From Auanema rhodensis (taxonomy: Eukaryota; Animalia; Nematoda): a stretch of 64,000 nucleotides of DNA. The stretch is from contig OZ059897.1 in NCBI GenBank assembly GCA_964057225.1, forward strand, positions 310,001 to 374,000, written 5' to 3'. The position numbers and the translations under genes were made by a program. The notes beneath the pieces were generated by a model that saw nothing but the letters and a program-made list of their open reading frames with translations, did no database searches and was not told where the DNA came from. Of this stretch, positions 1 to 11,400 are shown piece after piece. Each line of letters starts with the position of its first letter. Positions within the stretch are counted from its first letter, which is position 1.

Positions 1-102
1 GTACATGGAAACTCAACATACACTAATGCATCATTTTTCAAACGATCATAACTAATTTTTGTATTAAGCGTTTCTCAATGTAGTATAGTGCATTCGATGC
101 GG

Positions 103-153
103 ATTTTTAAGCTGCGTCGATCTGTGTTATCAGATTTGCGCTAGCTTAAAAAT
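103..153. other. Long imperfect inverted repeat in each monomer (potential hairpin/cruciform)
   Basis: ATTTTTAAGCT (103-113) is the exact reverse complement of AGCTTAAAAAT (143-153). Inner arms are GCG 114-116/CGC 139-141 and ATCTG 120-124/CAGAT 131-135, with loop TGTTAT. Confidence 0.9.
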
Positions 154-170
154 GCACCGAGATATCAACT

Positions 171-192
171 GATATAAGTTCACACTTATATC
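171..192. other. Perfect 9-bp inverted repeat with 4-nt loop in each monomer
   Basis: GATATAAGT (171-179), TCAC, ACTTATATC (184-192). Confidence 0.92.
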
Positions 193-266
193 CTCGATTT
201 TCACCCTGAAGGAATAATTTTTTCGTTGAATAACATTGTCCATCATCTTTGCCTTGAAAAAAGGAA

Positions 267-338
267 TCTAAAAACATCTACTTTTTGCTAAATTATTTTG
301 AAATTTTTCGAAAAAATTTTTGTCAAAATGTTTTTGGA
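267..338. other. Nested AT-rich dyad centred on TTCGAA in each monomer
   Basis: TTTTTCGAAAAA (304-315) is a perfect palindrome, flanked by ATTTTGA 295-301/TCAAAAT 323-329 and by TCTAAAAACAT 267-277/ATGTTTTTGGA 328-338 (10 of 11 complementary). Confidence 0.85.
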
Positions 339-342
339 AGCA

Positions 343-370
343 ATGTTGAGTGTACATGGAAACTCAACAT
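343..370. other. 9-bp inverted repeat with 10-nt loop in each monomer
   Basis: ATGTTGAGT (343-351), GTACATGGAA, ACTCAACAT (362-370). The stem is 8 bp in copies carrying the GCATTG variant. Confidence 0.88.
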
Positions 371-3300
371 ACACTAATGCATCATTTTTCAAACGATCAT
401 AACTAATTTTTGTATTAAGCGTTTCTCAATGTAGTATAGTGCATTCGATGCGGATTTTTAAGCTGCGTCGATCTGTGTTATCAGATTTGCGCTAGCTTAA
501 AAATGCACCGAGATATCAACTGATATAAGTTCACACTTATATCCTCGATTTTCACCCTGAAGAATTAATTTTTTCGTTGAATAACATTGTCCATCATCTT
601 TGCCTTGAAAAAAGGAATCTAAAAACATCTACTTTTTGCTAAATTATTTTGAAATTTTTCGAAAAAATTTTTGTCAAAATGTTTTTGGAAGCAATGTTGA
701 GTGTACATGGAAACTCAACATACACTAATGCATCATTTTTCAAACGATCATAACTAATTTTTGTATTAAGCGTTTCTCAATGTAGTATAGTGCATTCGAT
801 GCGGATTTTTAAGCTGCGTCGATCTGTGTTATCAGATTTGCGCTAGCTTAAAAATGCACCGAGATATCAACTGATATAAGTTCACACTTATATCCTCGAT
901 TTTCACCCTGAAGAATTAATTTTTTCGTTGAATAACATTGTCCATCGTCTTTGCCTTGAATAAAGGAATCTAAAAACATCTAGTTTTTGCTAAATTATTT
1001 TGAAATTTTTCGAAAAAATTTTTGTCAAAATGTTTTTGGAAGCAATGTTGAGTGTACATGGAAACTCAACATACACTAATGCATCATTTTTCAAACGATC
1101 ATAACTAATTTTTGTATTAAGCGTTTCTCAATATAATATAGTGCATTCGATGCGGATTTTTAAGCTGCGTCGATCTGTGTTATCAGATTTGCGCTAGCTT
1201 AAAAATGCACCGAGATATCAACTGATATAAGTTCACACTTATATCCTCGATTTTCACCCTGAAGAATTAATTTTTTCGTTGAATAACATTGTCCATCGTC
1301 TTTGCCTTGAAAAAAGAAATCTAAAAACATCTACTTTTTGCTAAATTATTTTGAAATTTTTCGAAAAAATTTTTGTCAAAATGTTTTTGGAAGCATTGTT
1401 GAGTGTACATGGAAACTCAACATACACTAATGCATCATTTTTCAAACGATCATAACTAATTTTTGTATTAAGCGTTTCTCAATGTAGTATAGTGCATTCG
1501 ATGCGGATTTTTAAGCTGCGTCGATCTGTGTTATCAGATTTGCGCTAGCTTAAAAATGCACCGAGATATCAACTGATATAAGTTCACACTTATATCCTCG
1601 ATTTTCACCCTGAAGAATTAATTTTTTCGTTGAATAACATTGTCCATCGTCTTTGCCTTGAATAAAAAAATCTAAAAACATCTACTTTTTGCTAAATTAT
1701 TTTGAAATTTTTCGAAAAAATTTTTGTCAAAATGTTTTTGGAAGCAATGTTGAGTGTACATGGAAACTCAACATACACTAATGCATCATTTTTCAAACGA
1801 TCATAACTAATTTTTGTATTAAGCGTTTCTCAATGTAGTATAGTGCATTCGATGCGGATTTTTAAGCTGCGTCGATCTGTGTTATCAGATTTGCGCTAGC
1901 TTAAAAATGCACCGAGATATCAACTGATATAAGTTCACACTTATATCCTCGATTTTCACCCTGAAGGAATAATTTTTTCGTTGAATAACATTGTCCATCA
2001 TCTTTGCCTTGAAAAAAGGAATCTAAAAACATCTACTTTTTGCTAAATTATTTTGAAATTTTTCGAAAAAATTTTTGTCAAAATGTTTTTGGAAGCAATG
2101 TTGAGTGTACATGGAAACTCAACATACACTAATGCATCATTTTTCAAACGATCATAACTAATTTTTGTATTAAGCGTTTCTCAATGTAGTATAGTGCATT
2201 CGATGCGGATTTTTAAGCTGCGTCGATCTGTGTTATCAGATTTGCGCTAGCTTAAAAATGCACCGAGATATCAACTGATATAAGTTCACACTTATATCCT
2301 CGATTTTCACCCTGAAGAATTAATTTTTTCGTTGAATAACATTGTCCATCGTCTTTGCCTTGAATAAAGGAATCTAAAAACATCTAGTTTTTGCTAAATT
2401 ATTTTGAAATTTTTCGAAAAAATTTTTGTCAAAATGTTTTTGGAAGCAATGTTGAGTGTACATGGAAACTCAACATACACTAATGCATCATTTTTCAAAC
2501 GATCATAACTAATTTTTGTATTAAGCGTTTCTCAATGTAGTATAGTGCATTCGATGCGGATTTTTAAGCTGCGTCGATCTGTGTTATCAGATTTGCGCTA
2601 GCTTAAAAATGCACCGAGATATCAACTGATATAAGTTCACACTTATATCCTCGATTTTCACCCTGAAGAATTAATTTTTTCGTTGAATAACATTGTCCAT
2701 CGTCTTTGCCTTGAATAAAGAAATCTAAAAACACCTACTTTTTGCTAAATTATTTTGAAATTTTTCGAAAAAATTTTTGTCAAAATGTTTTTGGAAGCAA
2801 TGTTGAGTGTACATGGAAACTCAACATACACTAATGCATCATTTTTCAAACGATCATAACTAATTTTTGTATTAAGCGTTTCTCAATGTAGTATAGTGCA
2901 TTCGATGCGGATTTTTAAGCTGCGTCGATCTGTGTTATCAGATTTGCGCTAGCTTAAAAATGCACCGAGATATCAACTGATATAAGTTCACACTTATATC
3001 CTCGATTTTCACCCTGAAGAATTAATTTTTTCGTTGAATAACATTGTCCATCGTCTTTGCCTTGAATAAAAAAATCTAAAAACATCTACTTTTTGCTAAA
3101 TTATTTTGAAATTTTTCGAAAAAATTTTTGTCAAAATGTTTTTGGAAGCAATGTTGAGTGTACATGGAAACTCAACATACACTAATGCATCATTTTTCAA
3201 ACGATCATAACTAATTTTTGTATTAAGCGTTTCTCAATGTAGTATAGTGCATTCGATGCGGATTTTTAAGCTGCGTCGATCTGTGTTATCAGATTTGCGC

Positions 3301-5499
3301 TAGCTTAAAAATGCACCGAGATATCAACTGATATAAGTTCACACTTATATCCTCGATTTTCACCCTGAAGAATTAATTTTTTCGTTGAATAACATTGTCC
3401 ATCGTCTTTGCCTTGAATAAAGGAATCTAAAAACATCTAGTTTTTGCTAAATTATTTTGAAATTTTTCGAAAAAATTTTTGTCAAAATGTTTTTGGAAGC
3501 AATGTTGAGTGTACATGGAAACTCAACATACACTAATGCATCATTTTTCAAACGATCATAACTAATTTTTGTATTAAGCGTTTCTCAATGTAGTATAGTG
3601 CATTCGATGCGGATTTTTAAGCTGCGTCGATCTGTGTTATCAGATTTGCGCTAGCTTAAAAATGCACCGAGATATCAACTGATATAAGTTCACACTTATA
3701 TCCTCGATTTTCACCCTGAAGAATTAATTTTTTCGTTGAATAACATTGTCCATCGTCTTTGCCTTGAATAAAGGAATCTAAAAACATCTACTTTTTGCTA
3801 AATTATTTTGAAATTTTTCGAAAAAATTTTTGTCAAAATGTTTTTGGAAGCAATGTTGAGTGTACATGGAAACTCAACATACACTAATGCATCATTTTTC
3901 AAACGATCATAACTAATTTTTGTATAAAGCGTTTCTCAATGTAGTATAGTGCATTCGATGCGGATTTTTAAGCTGCGTCGATCTGTGTTATCAGATTTGC
4001 GCTAGCTTAAAAATGCACCGAGATATCAACTGATATAAGTTCACACTTATATCCTCGATTTTCACCCTGAAGAATTAATTTTTTCGTTGAATAACATTGT
4101 CCATCGTCTTTGCCTTGAATAAAGGAATCTAAAAACACCTACTTTTTGCTAAATTATTTTGAAATTTTTCGAAAAAATTTTTGTCAAAATGTTTTTGGAA
4201 GCAATGTTGAGTGTACATGGAAACTCAACATACACTAATGCATCATTTTTCAAACGATCATAACTAATTTTTGTATTAAGCGTTTCTCAAAGTAGTATAG
4301 TGCATTCGATGCGGATTTTTAAGCTGCGTCGATCTGTGTTATCAGATTTGCGCTAGCTTAAAAATGCACCGAGATATCAACTGATATAAGTTCACACTTA
4401 TATCCTCGATTTTCACCCTGAAGAATTAATTTTTTTGTTGAATAACATTGTCCATCGTCTTTGCCTTGAAAAAAGGAATCTAAAAACATCTACTTTTTGC
4501 TAAATTATTTTGAAATTTTTTGAAAAAATTTTTGTCAAAATGTTTTTGGAAGCAATGTTGAGTGTACATGGAAACTCAACATACACTAATGCATCATTTT
4601 TCAAACGATCATAACTAATTTTTGTATAAAGCGTTTCTCAATGTAGTATAGTGCATTCGATGCGGATTTTCAAGCTGCGTCGATCTGTGTTATCAGATTT
4701 GCGCTAGCTTAAAAATGCACCGAGATATCAACTGATATAAGTTCACACTTATATCCTCGATTTTCACCCTGAAGAATTAATTTTTTTGTTGAAAAACATT
4801 GTCCATCTTGTTTGCCTTGAAAAAAGGAATCTAAAAACATCTACTTTTTGCTAAATTATTTTGAAATTTTTCGAAAAAATTTTTGTCAAAATGTTTTTGG
4901 AAGCAATGTTGAGTGTACATGGAAACTCAACATACACTAATGCATCATTTTTCAAACGATCATAACTAATTTTTGTATTAAGCGTTTCTCAATGTAGTAT
5001 AGTGCATTCAATGCGGATTTTTAAGCTGCGTCGATCTGTGTTATCAGATTTGCGCTAGCTTAAAAATGCACCGAGATATCAACTGATATAAGTTCACACT
5101 TATATCCTCGATTTTCACCCTGAAGAATTAATTTTTTCGTTGAATAACATTGTCCATCGTCTTTGCCTTGAATAAAGGAATCTGAAAACATCTAGTTTTT
5201 GCTAAATTATTTTGAAATTTTTCGAAAAAATTTTTGTCAAAATGTTTTTGGAAGCAATGTTGAGTGTACATGGAAACTCAACATACACTAATGCATCATT
5301 TTTCAAACGATCATAACTAATTTTTGTATTGAGCGTTTCTCAATGTAGTATAGTGCATTCGATGCGGATTTTTAAGCTGCGTCGATCTGTGTTATCAGAT
5401 TTGCGCTAGCTTAAAAATGCACCGAGATATCAACTGATATAAGTTCACACTTATATCCTCGATTTTCACCCTGAAGAATTAATTTTTTCGTTGAATAGC

Positions 5500-8400
5500 A
5501 TTGTCCATCGTCTTTGCCTTGAATAAAGGAATCTAAAAACACCTACTTTTTGCTAAATTATTTTGAAATTTTTCGAAAAAATTTTTGTCAAACTGTTTTT
5601 GGAAGCAATGTTGAGTGTACATGGAAACTCAACATACACTAATGCATCATTTTTCAAACGATCATAACTAATTTTTGTATTAAGCGTTTCTCAATGTAGT
5701 ATAGTGCATTCGATGCGGATTTTTAAGCTGCGTCGATCTGTGTTATCAGATTTGCGCTAGCTTAAAAATGCACCGAGATATCAACTGATATAAGTTCACA
5801 CTTATATCCTCGATTTTCACCCTGAAGGAATAATTTTTTCGTTGAATAACATTGTCCATCGTCTTTGCCTTGAATAAAGGAATCTGAAAACATCTAGTTT
5901 TTGCTAAATTATTTTGAAATTTTTCGAAAAAATTTTTGTCAAAATGTTTTTGGAAGCAATGTTGAGTGTACATGGAAACTCAACATACACTAATGCATCA
6001 TTTTTCAAACGATCATAACTAATTTTTGTATTGAGCGTTTCTCAATGTAGTATAGTGCATTCGATGCGGATTTTTAAGCTGCGTCGATCTGTGTTATCAG
6101 ATTTGCGCTAGCTTAAAAATGCACCGAGATATCAACTGATATAAGTTCACACTTATATCCTCGATTTTCACCCTGAAGAATTAATTTTTTCGTTGAATAG
6201 CATTGTCCATCGTCTTTGCCTTGAATAAAGGAATCTAAAAACACCTACTTTTTGCTAAATTATTTTGAAATTTTTCGAAAAAATTTTTGTCAAACTGTTT
6301 TTGGAAGCAATGTTGAGTGTACATGGAAACTCAACATACACTAATGCATCATTTTTCAAACGATCATAACTAATTTTTGTATTAAGCGTTTCTCAATGTA
6401 GTATAGTGCATTCGATGCGGATTTTTAAGCTGCGTCGATCTGTGTTATCAGATTTGCGCTAGCTTAAAAATGCACCGAGATATCAACTGATATAAGTTCA
6501 CACTTATATCCTCGATTTTCACCCTGAAGGAATAATTTTTTCGTTGAATAACATTGTCCATCATCTTTGCCTTGAAAAAAGGAATCTAAAAACATCTACT
6601 TTTTGCTAAATTATTTTGAAATTTTTCGAAAAAATTTTTGTCAAAATGTTTTTGGAAGCAATGTTGAGTGTACATGGAAACTCAACATACACTAATGCAT
6701 CATTTTTCAAACGATCATAACTAATTTTTGTATCAAGCGTTTCTCAATGTAGTATAGTGCATTCGATGCGCATTTTCAAACTGCGTCGATCTGTGTTATC
6801 AGATTTGCGCTAGCTTAAAAATGCACCGAGATATCAACTGATATAAGTTCACACTTATATCCTCGATTTTCACCCTGAAGAATTAATTTTTTCGTTGAAT
6901 AACATTGTCCATCGTCTTTGCCTTGAATAAAGGAATCTAAAAACATCTACTTTTTGCTAAATTATTTTGAAATTTTTCGAAAAAATTTTTGTCAAAATGT
7001 TTTTGGAAGCAATGTTGAGTGTACATGGAAACTCAACATACACTAATGCATCATTTTTCAAACGATCATAACTAATTTTTGTATTAAGCGTTTCTCAATG
7101 TAGTATAGTGCATTCGATGCGGATTTTTAAGCTGCGTCGATCTGTGTTATCAGATTTGCGCTAGCTTAAAAATGCACCGAGATATCAACTGATATAAGTT
7201 CACACTTATATCCTCGATTTTCACCCTGAACAATTAATTTTTTCGTTGAATAACATTGTCCATCGTCTTTGCCTTGAATAAAGGAATCTAAAAACATCTA
7301 CTTTTGGCTAAATTATTTTGAAATTTTTCGAAAAAATTTTTGTCAAAATGTTTTTGGAAGCAATGTTGAGTGTACATGGAAACTCAACATACACTAATGC
7401 ATCATTTTTCAAACGATCATAACTAATTTTTGTATTGAGCGTTTCTCAATGTAGTATAGTGCATTCGATGCGGATTTTTAAGCTGCGTCGATCTGTGTTA
7501 TCAGATTTGCGCTAGCTTAAAAATGCACCGAGATATCAACTGATATAAGTTCACACTTATATCCTCGATTTTCACCCTGAAGAATTAATTTTTTCGTTGA
7601 ATAACATTGTCCATCGTCTTTGCCTTGAATAAAGGAATCTAAAAACACCTACTTTTTGCTAAATTATTTTGAAATTTTTCGAAAAAATTTTTGTCAAAAT
7701 GTTTTTGGAAGCAATGTTGAGTGTACATGGAAACTCAACATACACTAATGCATCATTTTTCAAACGATCATAACTAATTTTTGTATTAAGCGTTTTTCAA
7801 AGTAGTATAGTGCATTCGATGCGGATTTTCAAGCTGCGTCGATCTGTGTTATCAGATTTGCGCTAGCTTAAAAATGCACCGAGATATCAACTGATATAAG
7901 TTCACACTTATATCCTCGATTTTCACCCTGAAGAATTAATTTTTTCGTTGAATAACATTGTCCATCATCTTTGCCTTGAAAAAAGGAATCTAAAAACATC
8001 TACTTTTTGCTAAATTATTTTGAAATTTTTCGAAAAAATTTTTGTCAAAATGTTTTTGGAAGCAATGTTGAGTGTACATGGAAACTCAACATACACTAAT
8101 GCATCATTTTTCAAACGATCATAACTAATTTTTGTATTAAGCGTTTCTCAATGTAGTATAGTGCATTCGATGCGGATTTTTAAGCTGCGTCGATCTGTGT
8201 TATCAGATTTGCGCTAGCTTAAAAATGCACCGAGATATCAACTGATATAAGTTCACACTTATATCCTCGATTTTCACCCTGAAGAATTAATTTTTTCGTT
8301 GAATAACATTGTCCATCGTCTTTGCCTTGAATAAAGGAATCTAAAAACACCTACTTTTTGCTAAATTATTTTGAAATTTTTCGAAAAAATTTTTGTCAAA

Positions 8401-11400
8401 ATGTTTTTGGAAGCAATGTTGAGTGTACATGGAAACTCAACATACACTAATGCATCATTTTTCAAACGATCATAACTAATTTTTGTATTAAGCGTTTTTC
8501 AAAGTAGTATAGTGCATTCGATGCGGATTTTCAAGCTGCGTCGATCTGTGTTATCAGATTTGCGCTAGCTTAAAAATGCACCGAGATATCAACTGATATA
8601 AGTTCACACTTATATCCTCGATTTTCACCCTGAAGAATTAATTTTTTCGTTGAATAACATTGTCCATCATCTTTGCCTTGAAAAAAGGAATCTAAAAACA
8701 TCTACTTTTTGCTAAATTATTTTGAAATTTTTCGAAAAAATTTTTGTCAAAATGTTTTTGGAAGCAATGTTGAGTGTACATGGAAACTCAACATACACTA
8801 ATGCATCATTTTTCAAACGATCATAACTAATTTTTGTATTAAGCGTTTCTCAATGTAGTATAGTGCATTCGATGCGGATTTTTAAGCTGCGTCGATCTGT
8901 GTTATCAGATTTGCGCTAGCTTAAAAATGCACCGAGATATCAACTGATATAAGTTCACACTTATATCCTCGATTTTCACCCTGAAGAATTAATTTTTTCG
9001 TTGAATAACATTGTCCATCGTCTTTGCCTTGAATAAAGGAATCTAAAAACATCTAGTTTTTGCTAAATTATTTTGAAATTTTTCGAAAAAATTTTTGTCA
9101 AAATGTTTTTGGAAGCAATGTTGAGTGTACATGGAAACTCAACATACACTAATGCATCATTTTTCAAACGATCATAACTAATTTTTGTATTAAGCGTTTC
9201 TCAATGTAGTATAGTGCATTCGATGCGGATTTTTAAGCTGCGTCGATCTGTGTTATCAGATTTGCGCTAGCTTAAAAATGCACCGAGATATCAACTGATA
9301 TAAGTTCACACTTATATCCTCGATTTTCACCCTGAAGAATTAATTTTTTCGTTGAATAGCATTGTCCATCGTCTTTGCCTTGAATAAAGGAATCTAAAAA
9401 CACCTACTTTTTGCTAAATTATTTTGAAATTTTTCGAAAAAATTTTTGTCAAAATGTTTTTGGAAGCAATGTTGAGTGTACATGGAAACTCAACATACAC
9501 TAATGCATCATTTTTCAAACGATCATAACTAATTTTTGTATTAAGCGTTTCTCAATGTAGTATAGTGCATTCGATGCGGATTTTTAAGCTGCGTCGATCT
9601 GTGTTATCAGATTTGCGCTAGCTTAAAAATGCACCGAGATATCAACTGATATAAGTTCACACTTATATCCTCGATTTTCACCCTGAAGGAATAATTTTTT
9701 CGTTGAATAACATTGTCCATCATCTTTGCCTTGAAAAAAGGAATCTAAAAACATCTACTTTTTGCTAAATTATTTTGAAATTTTTCGAAAAAATTTTTGT
9801 CAAAATGTTTTTGGAAGCAATGTTGAGTGTACATGGAAACTCAACATACACTAATGCATCATTTTTCAAACGATCATAACTAATTTTTGTATCAAGCGTT
9901 TCTCAATGTAGTATAGTGCATTCGATGCGCATTTTCAAACTGCGTCGATCTGTGTTATCAGATTTGCGCTAGCTTAAAAATGCACCGAGATATCAACTGA
10001 TATAAGTTCACACTTATATCCTCGATTTTCACCCTGAAGAATTAATTTTTTCGTTGAATAACATTGTCCATCGTCTTTGCCTTGAATAAAGGAATCTAAA
10101 AACATCTACTTTTTGCTAAATTATTTTGAAATTTTTCGAAAAAATTTTTGTCAAAATGTTTTTGGAAGCAATGTTGAGTGTACATGGAAACTCAACATAC
10201 ACTAATGCATCATTTTTCAAACGATCATAACTAATTTTTGTATTAAGCGTTTCTCAATGTAGTATAGTGCATTCGATGCGGATTTTTAAGCTGCGTCGAT
10301 CTGTGTTATCAGATTTGCGCTAGCTTAAAAATGCACCGAGATATCAACTGATATAAGTTCACACTTATATCCTCGATTTTCACCCTGAACAATTAATTTT
10401 TTCGTTGAATAACATTGTCCATCGTCTTTGCCTTGAATAAAGGAATCTAAAAACATCTACTTTTGGCTAAATTATTTTGAAATTTTTCGAAAAAATTTTT
10501 GTCAAAATGTTTTTGGAAGCAATGTTGAGTGTACATGGAAACTCAACATACACTAATGCATCATTTTTCAAACGATCATAACTAATTTTTGTATTGAGCG
10601 TTTCTCAATGTAGTATAGTGCATTCGATGCGGATTTTTAAGCTGCGTCGATCTGTGTTATCAGATTTGCGCTAGCTTAAAAATGCACCGAGATATCAACT
10701 GATATAAGTTCACACTTATATCCTCGATTTTCACCCTGAACAATTAATTTTTTCGTTGAATAACATTGTCCATCGTCTTTGCCTTGAATAAAGGAATCTA
10801 AAAACATCTACTTTTGGCTAAATTATTTTGAAATTTTTCGAAAAAATTTTTGTCAAAATGTTTTTGGAAGCAATGTTGAGTGTACATGGAAACTCAACAT
10901 ACACTAATGCATCATTTTTCAAACGATCATAACTAATTTTTGTATTGAGCGTTTCTCAATGTAGTATAGTGCATTCGATGCGGATTTTTAAGCTGCGTCG
11001 ATCTGTGTTATCAGATTTGCGCTAGCTTAAAAATGCACCGAGATATCAACTGATATAAGTTCACACTTATATCCTCGATTTTCACCCTGAAGAATTAATT
11101 TTTTCGTTGAATAACATTGTCCATCGTCTTTGCCTTGAAAAAAGAAATCTAAAAACATCTACTTTTTGCTAAATTATTTTGAAATTTTTCGAAAAAATTT
11201 TTGTCAAAATGTTTTTGGAAGCATTGTTGAGTGTACATGGAAACTCAACATACACTAATGCATCATTTTTCAAACGATCATAACTAATTTTTGTATTAAG
11301 CGTTTCTCAATGTAGTAAGTGCATTCGATGCGGATTTTTAAGCTGCGTCGATCTGTGTTATCAGATTTGCGCTAGCTTAAAAATTCACCGAGATATCAAC

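Larger units (their letters stand above)
1..351 (+). repeat. Representative 351-bp monomer (phase arbitrary, set by window start)
   Basis: First full unit; 110 of 351 bases are G+C (about 31%). It contains TGTACA (across the junction), GATATC, GCTAGC and TTCGAA sites and many A4-6/T4-6 tracts. Confidence 0.98.

Noticed and set aside
120-144. Helitron 3' end (hairpin followed by CTAG)
   Set aside because: The stem is only 5 bp and not GC-rich, CTAG lies inside the larger inverted repeat, and there is no 5' terminus or insertion context.
171-201. Rho-independent terminator (hairpin plus T run)
   Set aside because: The stem is AT-rich, the T tract is short and offset, there is no upstream gene, and the context is a eukaryote-type satellite.
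221-237. CENP-B box-like TTTCGTTGAATAACATT
   Set aside because: It matches only the TTCG and the central A of the canonical box and lacks the essential CGGG; this is expected by chance in AT-rich DNA.
1-351. Tandem 5S rRNA, tRNA, snRNA or spliced-leader gene cluster
   Set aside because: I found no recognisable 5S, tRNA cloverleaf, Pol III A/B box or SL leader sequence on either strand by eye. An Infernal/Rfam scan would be needed to exclude this formally.
1-351. Monomer as a diverged dimer of about 175-bp subunits
   Set aside because: The two halves show only generic T-tract similarity, and I could find no convincing alignment.
5746-5973. 75-aa minus-strand ORF
   Set aside because: It lies within one satellite monomer and is open only because this copy's combination of SNPs removes stops found in other copies (for example TCTA>TCTG). 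The F/K/N-rich translation reflects A/T tracts and has no recognisable domain.
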